Sequence record: OU343168.1
DNA length: 64,000 nucleotides
Direction: 5' to 3' (one strand)
Both the position numbers and the translations under genes were made by a program. Shown piece by piece: positions 38,981 through 45,427 of the stretch. Below the pieces are notes generated by a model, which was not told the DNA's origin, did not search any database, and worked only from the letters and a program-made list of their open reading frames with translations. The first letter of the stretch is position 1. Every line of letters begins with the position of its first letter.

Positions 38981-39787
38981 ATGTCCATTTCCTACATCAT
39001 CCGGATTGATTCCCGTCTCAATAACCAAGGAGATGCCGTTACACGCTTCTATAACGCTTATGGTGAGGCGTTTGACCATCCCCGCTATATGACCCACTGG
39101 TACGACGCAAAAGCCTTCACAACGTTCCCTGAAGCCGTTAAAGTGGTTAAACGGATCATTGATGAGGAACAGGGGTTGTATTCCAAGGATCCTTATCGGG
39201 CGTTGTACGACCTCTGCTCCGCAGGGTTGGATCGCCCTATAGACCCGGATGGGTCCTACACCTTCGTGATTTACATTATCCGTTGCAATTCGGAGGATCC
39301 TTCGGACCCTCGAATGGAAGTGGTGGATCGTTGGGATGTGGAGTTCTATCGGAATAAAACCCTACCCGACGGTCAGTTCAGTTCTATCGTATACCACGCA
39401 GAGGATAACCCCGAGGAGAGTGACCCCGGACGCTTCTACGTCCCAGGGGACAACGAACCCAGTGTCTTCTACTGTGACCGATTGGGTGGCGCGCATCCTT
39501 GGATCCATTGGTACATCATTACCCATGAGCTCGAATTCACCCACGAGAACATCGAATTCGCTAAGGATGAGAAAACCCGGGTAATCGAACAGCTGCTGAA
39601 ACAACAGAGCTGGGTGCCGTACTACAGTGAGAAATTCCCTCTCACTTCCCGGGAAATCGTTATCCACCAACCCCTGCTGTTGGGGTATGTGTTGAGTAAG
39701 CGTAATGACAATCCTTCCCTGTCGTTGGAAGAGGTCCATTACCAAGAAATCACCCGGCGTAACACCAAACCGTCTGCTCATCACTGA
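38981..39787 (+). CDS. hypothetical protein, paralog of 37167..37952, 268 aa
   Basis: AAGGA RBS; motifs shared with the 37167 protein. Confidence 0.75.
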   Translation: MSISYIIRIDSRLNNQGDAVTRFYNAYGEAFDHPRYMTHWYDAKAFTTFPEAVKVVKRIIDEEQGLYSKDPYRALYDLCSAGLDRPIDPDGSYTFVIYIIRCNSEDPSDPRMEVVDRWDVEFYRNKTLPDGQFSSIVYHAEDNPEESDPGRFYVPGDNEPSVFYCDRLGGAHPWIHWYIITHELEFTHENIEFAKDEKTRVIEQLLKQQSWVPYYSEKFPLTSREIVIHQPLLLGYVLSKRNDNPSLSLEEVHYQEITRRNTKPSAHH

Positions 39788-39820
39788 GCGTTCCGTTAAT
39801 CCTTATTCCACCGAGGGAGA

Positions 39821-40168
39821 ATGAACATGAGAATGGTCCATTGGGCTCGATTGGTTAAAGAGTACCTCCAACTTCAAGCCGTCAGCGATGACCGCTACCT
39901 GGGGGTCTGCTCAGGGTTGAGTTTGTTGTACCACAAGTACTTCCTGGTCAACGATCTCCCCCTCGAAGCCAACTACCCGGTGCTTACAGCCGCCTTTAAG
40001 GAACGGGTAGACCTGGGCCCACCGGCTAAGGAATCGGTTATGAGCGCTGAACACGCCCAAGAACTGGTTGAAACAGTGGAGGAGACCCTTCGTTACTACG
40101 TCAAGTTCTATGCGTGGGGTTGTAACCTGAAGGCTTCCTTCTGGGCGGAGGTAAAGGGTCAACATTAA
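39821..40168 (+). CDS. hypothetical protein, 115 aa
   Basis: GAGGGAG RBS. Confidence 0.65.
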   Translation: MNMRMVHWARLVKEYLQLQAVSDDRYLGVCSGLSLLYHKYFLVNDLPLEANYPVLTAAFKERVDLGPPAKESVMSAEHAQELVETVEETLRYYVKFYAWGCNLKASFWAEVKGQH

Positions 40169-40225
40169 TCTTCCACATCCATTCCAATCTATGTCGGGCG
40201 CTCTTTTTCTAGAAGAGGTAACCCT

Positions 40226-40417
40226 ATGCCAAGTGTATCACGTAAACAAGCCAACCTTATGCGAGACGCCGCCCACAGCGCTGAGTTCGCTAAGAAGGTA
40301 GGTATCGATCACGAGGTGGCTAAGCATTGGTACGAGGAAGACAAGAAGGCGGGGTGGTTCGACCCCAGTTCCAATAAAGCGGAATCTTCGAAAAAGACCC
40401 CTTCCAAGTCCAGTTAG
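40226..40417 (+). CDS. small conserved phage protein (MPSxSxKQ...AAHxxEFAKKVGI type), 63 aa
   Basis: GAGGT RBS; N-terminal motif recalled from a widespread small phage protein family of unknown function. Confidence 0.65.
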   Translation: MPSVSRKQANLMRDAAHSAEFAKKVGIDHEVAKHWYEEDKKAGWFDPSSNKAESSKKTPSKSS

Positions 40418-40757
40418 TCGTTTCCGTAATCTTTCCCTTGTAAGGGGTGCTCTCGTAACGGTAACCCTTAGCGGTTACTCGCAGTCGTCCGTGGCCGAGA
40501 GCATAAAACAGTACAGGTCTATCTATTCCTTGTGATGGGGTGAATAGGTATGACAATGGCGAACGGACCCCTTTCGATTCAAGTGTAACACTGGAAGAAA
40601 AACACAATGAACGAATACGGTTTGTTGGACTGGTTCGCCCGGTAGAATTTCGTCGGTTATTTTCTCCTACTGTGGACTCAAGCGTAAAGACTTCAACCAA
40701 TGGGTGGCTGACACCTTTGGAACTGAAATCGTGGTGATCCATTTAGGTTAAATTTAC
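40418..40757 (+). ncRNA. putative structured RNA upstream of the tRNA
   Basis: Stems 40448-55/40496-503, 40461-66/40473-78, 40520-28/40542-50 and 40558-64/40633-39; no convincing ORF. Confidence 0.35.
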
Positions 40758-40833
40758 TCCGTGATAGCTCAGTAGGTAGAGCAACTGTTTCGTAAACAGT
40801 AGGTCCCGGGTTCGAACCCTGGTCACGGAACCA
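40758..40833 (+). tRNA. tRNA-Thr (anticodon CGT)
   Basis: Full 76-nt cloverleaf: acceptor TCCGTGA/TCACGGA, D arm GCTC/GAGC, anticodon arm ACTGT-TTCGTAA-ACAGT, T loop TTCGAAC, encoded CCA. Confidence 0.93.
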
Positions 40834-41020
40834 AACATCGTTACCCCAAAGACTGGGACACACAGGCTCGGCACTACCCTCCCCCAGATGCCCTGCACTG
40901 TCCCGTTCCGCCAGCCATCCTGTTCTCTTTTCTCTTCCAGGGTGGACCGCGGCTTCTTGACAGGGGTGACGGTGTACCTGTTCCCTACCTTTCTCAGAGG
41001 GGTAGGGAACAGGACCTTTT
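40834..41020 (+). ncRNA. putative tRNA-trailer small RNA with two pyrimidine-loop hairpins and a terminator
   Basis: gggaca/tgtccc and ggca/tgcc stems with loop ctaccctcccccaga; catcctg/cagggtg stem with loop ttctcttttctcttc; hairpin 40977-41013 plus U-tract. Confidence 0.4.
40977..41013 (+). terminator. 13-bp hairpin with U-rich tail
   Basis: cctgttccctacc...ggtagggaacagg, followed by accttttcttt. Confidence 0.75.
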
Positions 41021-41050
41021 CTTTATCCGCTATGTGCAGAGGATACCGTC

Positions 41051-41353
41051 ATGTCGTTCATTATAAAGGTCATGCGAGAGGACTGTGGGAATGGCACCTC
41101 CCGTGACTATGAAGGTATTATTGTGGGCCAGGGGGATCGGTTTGCTATCTCTTGGGATCCGCATAAAGAACAGCGGGAGCTCACGGTCGAGTTTGCTGAT
41201 GGGAGAACCTTGCTCCGGGTGATTGATGGGGATCTTTACGTGGTGAATGCGGACGGTAAGACCATTTCCGGCACCCTCAAGAATAAACACCCGCTTCCAG
41301 CCACTTCCCACTCGAACCCCAAAACAAACTCTCTTCTAAGCTCTAACCCGTAA
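41051..41353 (+). CDS. hypothetical protein, 100 aa
   Basis: GAGGA RBS. Confidence 0.65.
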   Translation: MSFIIKVMREDCGNGTSRDYEGIIVGQGDRFAISWDPHKEQRELTVEFADGRTLLRVIDGDLYVVNADGKTISGTLKNKHPLPATSHSNPKTNSLLSSNP

Positions 41354-41367
41354 ACACCGTGTAAACG

Positions 41368-41400
41368 CCCTCCTACCTCCTTTACAGGGAGGTAGGAGGG
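41368..41400. terminator. 13-bp hairpin
   Basis: ccctcctacctcc-tttacag-ggaggtaggaggg. Confidence 0.75.
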
Positions 41401-41423
41401 TTTATTACGGTATAGCGTATTTT

Positions 41424-41436
41424 AAACCTAGATTAT
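41424..41436 (+). promoter_or_regulatory. putative early promoter AAACCTAGATTAT
   Basis: Third copy of the AAACCTAnATTAy motif, about 30 nt before the 41466 start. Confidence 0.55.
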
Positions 41437-41465
41437 TGATGCGTTAAGCCACGAGGAATAAATCA

Positions 41466-42002
41466 ATGTTTACTGAAAAACAAATGGAAGAACTTACCAG
41501 TGCTCGTAGAGAGGATGTGTGGAGTTATGACATATTTGAAATGACACTATTCCTGATGGAAACAGAGTGTGATGGTGGCGTCCCCTTCTTGAAACATATC
41601 ATCATGTACAGTTTCAAGAAGATGCTCTCTGGAGAATCACTAGATCGTTATGCGATTGGACTGATGAATAAAATGATCTACGATACTGAAGGCCGTGATG
41701 CCAAGGGAATCGTAGAAAGGAGTGTATTACAACGATTGACTGAGAGTGATATCCTGGAAGCCCACGCCTACCTTAAGGTTTACATCACCAAAGCTAAGGA
41801 ATTCCTGGAAGACCTCAGTCGACGTTTCCCCGATCACTTCCAGAGTGTCAGCCGAGAAGAAACACCCAAAAAGTTCTGCTTTGCGAATAAACCGGCTCCG
41901 GAAGGGACGGTCAGGGAACTCGCCGCTAAATACGGTAAGTCGATCAGTGAAATCCGTAAACTCAAAGCGGCCGGTCGTCTTCATGAACTAGCACAGGGGT
42001 AA
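41466..42002 (+). CDS. hypothetical protein with C-terminal basic HTH-like tail, 178 aa
   Basis: GAGGA RBS; C-terminus TVRELAAKYGKSISEIRKLKAAGRL. Confidence 0.65.
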   Translation: MFTEKQMEELTSARREDVWSYDIFEMTLFLMETECDGGVPFLKHIIMYSFKKMLSGESLDRYAIGLMNKMIYDTEGRDAKGIVERSVLQRLTESDILEAHAYLKVYITKAKEFLEDLSRRFPDHFQSVSREETPKKFCFANKPAPEGTVRELAAKYGKSISEIRKLKAAGRLHELAQG

Positions 42003-42008
42003 TTGGTC

Positions 42009-42149
42009 ATGTTTTGGAAATTCACGTGTTACAACAAGGACACTTGGGAAGCCCCCCACCAAATGACCTTGATAGAAGCGGTTGAACTCTTTTTGCGAGA
42101 AACCCAATACACCCAGTGGGATATTCACTTCGTTGAGAATCTCCACTAA
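42009..42149 (+). CDS. small hypothetical protein, 46 aa (not in ORF track)
   Basis: Hand translation MFWKFTCYNKDTWEAPHQMTLIEAVELFLRETQYTQWDIHFVENLH; fills the gap between two genes. Confidence 0.45.
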   Translation: MFWKFTCYNKDTWEAPHQMTLIEAVELFLRETQYTQWDIHFVENLH

Positions 42150-42188
42150 ACCGTTGTTAAACAATCTGTTAAACGGAAGGATAGCATT

Positions 42189-42947
42189 ATGAAACCTTTT
42201 CGTGTACCTGCTGGACGTCTCAGTAAAGATCGACTGGAATGGGTCATCCGGAATCGTAAAGAAAAGAAACGCGAATGTCCCTTTGGCCCCGCTCACTTCC
42301 CCAAAGGAACGATCGCGGTGTTCGAGTCCCCAACCCAGCGTTTTTTGAAAGAGGACGAACGTGAGTTTCCTGGTCAGCGGTACGCAACGTTCGAAGCGGA
42401 AGTGGAGGGTGTAGTCCCCAATGGGCCGGACAGTTGGGTGGCTGTTCTAAAGGACCGTACGGCGATTAACATCGACTGGGCGCGCAAGATCATTAAACGG
42501 GGTGAAGGTCCTCTCCGCACTGAGGTGAATGACGTGGAGGACAACCTGTGGAAAACCAGAGCCACCCACCCCCTGGATCCTGACACCCACCTTCCCATCA
42601 ACAAACACCCCAACCACTACTACATCGACTCGATCTATCATGTTATCTACGGAAAATTGGAAGAGGTTAATAAAAATAACTTCGCCACTCATCTGATCGA
42701 TGTGGATAAGTTGATTTCGCTGATGTGCGGCGATATCATTCGTCAGGCAACCTCCTGTGGTGATGGTGTTTACTGCCATTATCTCATCAGTAAGAAGAAG
42801 TTCCGCAAGATCTTCAACCGTTGTCTGCCGCACGCGCGCACCAGTCGACGTAAGGAAGCTGAACGTCAGGCCAGGATCGAAGCATTCGAATACAACAGGT
42901 CGTTTGATGACCGTTATGAAGACGATTATGATGACCCGGGAGTGTGA
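42189..42947 (+). CDS. hypothetical protein, 252 aa
   Basis: GGAAGGA RBS; basic segment followed by an acidic tail. Confidence 0.7.
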   Translation: MKPFRVPAGRLSKDRLEWVIRNRKEKKRECPFGPAHFPKGTIAVFESPTQRFLKEDEREFPGQRYATFEAEVEGVVPNGPDSWVAVLKDRTAINIDWARKIIKRGEGPLRTEVNDVEDNLWKTRATHPLDPDTHLPINKHPNHYYIDSIYHVIYGKLEEVNKNNFATHLIDVDKLISLMCGDIIRQATSCGDGVYCHYLISKKKFRKIFNRCLPHARTSRRKEAERQARIEAFEYNRSFDDRYEDDYDDPGV

Positions 42948-42974
42948 AGAAGTGTTAGAAGCCCCTTAACCTGA

Positions 42975-43104
42975 AAACCGCCCCACTCCGTCTTTAAAGG
43001 AATAACTCCTACGTGAAGGAAGGGATTCACGTAAATACCGTTAAATCACACGTGTAGTCCCCAACCCTTCTTTAAACGGGTCTTCGGTAGAACCGGGGTG
43101 GTTT
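42975..43104 (+). ncRNA. putative structured RNA or leader element
   Basis: Closing stem aaaccgcccc/ggggtggttt, inner tttaaag/ctttaaa, hairpin tacgtgaa-ggaaggga-ttcacgta. Confidence 0.35.
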
Positions 43105-43181
43105 ACTTAATAGGTCGTTTAGCCTTTAAGCTACCGAGAGTGACAGATTAGATACCCCATCACTGTATTTTGGAGAAGGTT

Positions 43182-44165
43182 GTGAAACATAAAGAAACAC
43201 CCTTTCAACGAGCCAGCTGTGGTCATGTCCTTCAGGTCGGTGACAACGGGTCTTGCCATGTGGGGGATCACGGGACCGCCATCGCTGGAAAAAATAGCCT
43301 CGCCACCGCTGCGAACAATGGACACGCTGTTTCTGGAGACTATGGGACAGCCATCGTTGAACGCTTTGGTATCGCCTCTGCCGGAAATAAAGGCATGGCT
43401 ATCGCCGGAGATTGCGGCAGTGCCACCGCTGGAGATCATGGTATCGCCACCGCGGGAAATTACAGCACGACTACCGTCGGATACTTAGGGACTGCCACCG
43501 CTGGAAAGAAAGGGATAGCTACCGCTGGAGATTGGGGAACCGCTATCGTTGGACTCGATGGCGTCGCGTCTGCCGGAAAGAATGGTAAGATCCACATCCA
43601 GTACTTCGACAGTGAAGCCATTCGTTACCGCACAGCAGTTGGGTATATCGGTGAGGGCGGTCTCGAACCTGGCGTTCCTTACCAATTGGATGAAAACCAC
43701 GAGTTCGTAAAGGGAGACATTGCCATGACAAAATTCTCTACAGAGGGTCGCGTGAATATACTCTTCCGAGGATTGGGTGTAGGTCTTATCAACGTCCAGG
43801 TCGTAAGGGTCACTAAGGGTATAGGACATCCCAAACCCTTTTTCCATATTGAGGGATCTGAAGACAAGGGTTACCGTTTGCTTCATAACGGGAGTGAATG
43901 GATTGATCAGGTCTTTGAGGCTAAGAAAGCTGTACTCTTCATTGAGTCCCTCTACCCCCCTGTGACACCCGATAAGGAGACCGTGAAACTTACGGTGTCT
44001 GAGGATCAGCAAATCCTGGTTAAAGTACGGCGAGTGAATAAGCTGGCCTTGGATGCTGTTGTGTTCCACATTGATACCCTGGGTGGTGCGTATCAGGTAT
44101 CCTATACCGAGCAACTGACCCCAGATTTCAATCAGTTGACTCATGTTGAGTTAGTGGTCATTTAA
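43182..44165 (+). CDS. octapeptide-repeat (AGxxGxAT) beta-solenoid protein fused in frame to a second domain
   Basis: GTG 43182 after GGAG; about 14 Gly/Ala/Thr octapeptide-like units; internal RBS plus in-frame ATG at 43725. Confidence 0.7.
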   Translation: MKHKETPFQRASCGHVLQVGDNGSCHVGDHGTAIAGKNSLATAANNGHAVSGDYGTAIVERFGIASAGNKGMAIAGDCGSATAGDHGIATAGNYSTTTVGYLGTATAGKKGIATAGDWGTAIVGLDGVASAGKNGKIHIQYFDSEAIRYRTAVGYIGEGGLEPGVPYQLDENHEFVKGDIAMTKFSTEGRVNILFRGLGVGLINVQVVRVTKGIGHPKPFFHIEGSEDKGYRLLHNGSEWIDQVFEAKKAVLFIESLYPPVTPDKETVKLTVSEDQQILVKVRRVNKLALDAVVFHIDTLGGAYQVSYTEQLTPDFNQLTHVELVVI

Positions 44166-44176
44166 GGACGTCAATC

Positions 44177-44422
44177 ATGGCTAAAAAGAACCTTAAGGTG
44201 TTCAAGACCCACGGGGAATTCGATACGGAGGTGATTCGTCGTGCTCGACTTATCCTCGACGCCAGGGGTTACCGGGGGAAGATATGTGTGAACGCACTCG
44301 GTGAAAGTTCTGCGTGGAATAAAGCAGATCGCAATGAGGACGGTCATCGTCTGATCGACGACGACACTATCGCCGAAGTGGCTCGCTCGATGGTTTACGA
44401 CACTCTCGATTACGGAGAGTAA
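44177..44422 (+). CDS. hypothetical protein, 81 aa
   Basis: AAGGA RBS. Confidence 0.65.
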   Translation: MAKKNLKVFKTHGEFDTEVIRRARLILDARGYRGKICVNALGESSAWNKADRNEDGHRLIDDDTIAEVARSMVYDTLDYGE

Positions 44423-44428
44423 GTTTTA

Positions 44429-44775
44429 ACACGTTGACGGTATTATATACGGACAACGTGTCATATTAATCCGCGTCTGCGGGTCCCGCCTGAACTTAAG
44501 GGTGATAAGGTGTGGTACTCGTCGAGTATGAGCTTGGCAAAGCTCATACTCCGAACCCTATGGACGGTATAGCCGCTATCGTCAAGTCACACTGTTCAGC
44601 TATTGACCTGGACTTCAGTCTCCTTTTCGGTGCTGTCGACGGGAAGGTTCTCGGACGGTGGGGCGGCTTGTGAATGTGCTAAACTAGCGCTGGTTTGAGC
44701 ACCTAGCAAGTTAAGGGGAGGAGGGACAACCATCGGCTCTAAGCGGGTGGGTTCCTCCTCCCCTCCGTCCTTTTA
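44429..44775 (+). ncRNA. putative multi-helix structured ncRNA, about 300-340 nt
   Basis: At least 8 helices, including a perfect 12-bp stem with a GNRA loop, long-range pairing 44483-90/44657-64, and a 3' hairpin followed by a poly-T tract; no ORF. Confidence 0.5.
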
Positions 44776-44878
44776 TTTTTTTTTTTGTCTTAATACCGTG
44801 TTACTCGACCGGTTTCTAACGGATACAGACTGTACGAATATTATGTCTTATCCCCCGACTTACCAAGAGGTTAAAGCG

Positions 44879-45355
44879 ATGTCGAAAAACAACGATCAGA
44901 AGAACCCCTCCACTCCTGAGGACGAGAAGGCTAAAGCGGTAACCACCCCTCCGGTGACTCCTCCCGCTCAGCCAGCTCCCGCTACCCCTCAAACGTCTCC
45001 CAAAGCCTCGAAAGACGAGAGTGAAGAGGATAACCAGGACTTCGACAACATTCTGATCAATGTACTGTCGCTCTATGACAATGGGGAATTCAATAAAGAA
45101 CTCCTTATTGAGATGGTAGAAGAAGTCCGTAAGGTTACCCGTCCGGGTCTTATCCCCGAAGAATACTACATCGACGTCGCCGTACAGCGTTATGTGGAAT
45201 TCGCTAAACGCAAGAAGATCGACCTGAAAAACCTGTCGATCCTGGTGGGTAATCCTGAAACCTCGGTAGAACTGCGCTCGCTGAACTTCTACCGTGCAAT
45301 GGAAGGCCTGGGTCCGACCTTCTTCATGCCGTACATCATTGAGAGTAAAGAGTAA
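44879..45355 (+). CDS. hypothetical protein with Pro/Thr-rich disordered N-terminus
   Basis: ATG 44879 after GAGG preferred over upstream starts. Confidence 0.65.
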   Translation: MSKNNDQKNPSTPEDEKAKAVTTPPVTPPAQPAPATPQTSPKASKDESEEDNQDFDNILINVLSLYDNGEFNKELLIEMVEEVRKVTRPGLIPEEYYIDVAVQRYVEFAKRKKIDLKNLSILVGNPETSVELRSLNFYRAMEGLGPTFFMPYIIESKE

Positions 45356-45366
45356 CACCGAATAAA

Positions 45367-45408
45367 CCCCTAACCCCTAGCCCTGTTAAAGGGGCTAGGG
45401 GTTAGGGG
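45367..45408. terminator. 17-bp hairpin between convergent genes
   Basis: cccctaacccctagccc-tgttaaag-gggctaggggttagggg. Confidence 0.75.
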
Positions 45409-45427
45409 GTATAACGTTTATTTTTGA

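Noticed and set aside
40540-40737. 65-aa ORF upstream of the tRNA
   Set aside because: GTG start without a clear RBS; lies across predicted RNA stems; no motif.
40834-40910. Theta/HDV-like ribozyme after the tRNA
   Set aside because: Could not build the nested double pseudoknot or the catalytic J4/2 pattern by eye; an Infernal/RNArobo search would settle it.
43230-43590. Calling the octapeptide protein an ice-nucleation protein
   Set aside because: Only about 14 degenerate repeats, against more than a hundred in true INPs, and no INP terminal domains; the periodicity is kept only as a note.
44471-44763. tmRNA or RNase P identity for the structured RNA (frame ending ...AKLALV* inside a hairpin; CGGCTT near the 3' side)
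   Set aside because: No tRNA-like acceptor, T-loop or CCA and no ANDEN-like resume context; no GAGGAAAGTCC or ACAnAA RNase P conserved regions.
44771-44786. Long poly-T run as a slippage or phase-variation site
   Set aside because: It is non-coding and follows a hairpin, so it is best explained as a terminator tail.
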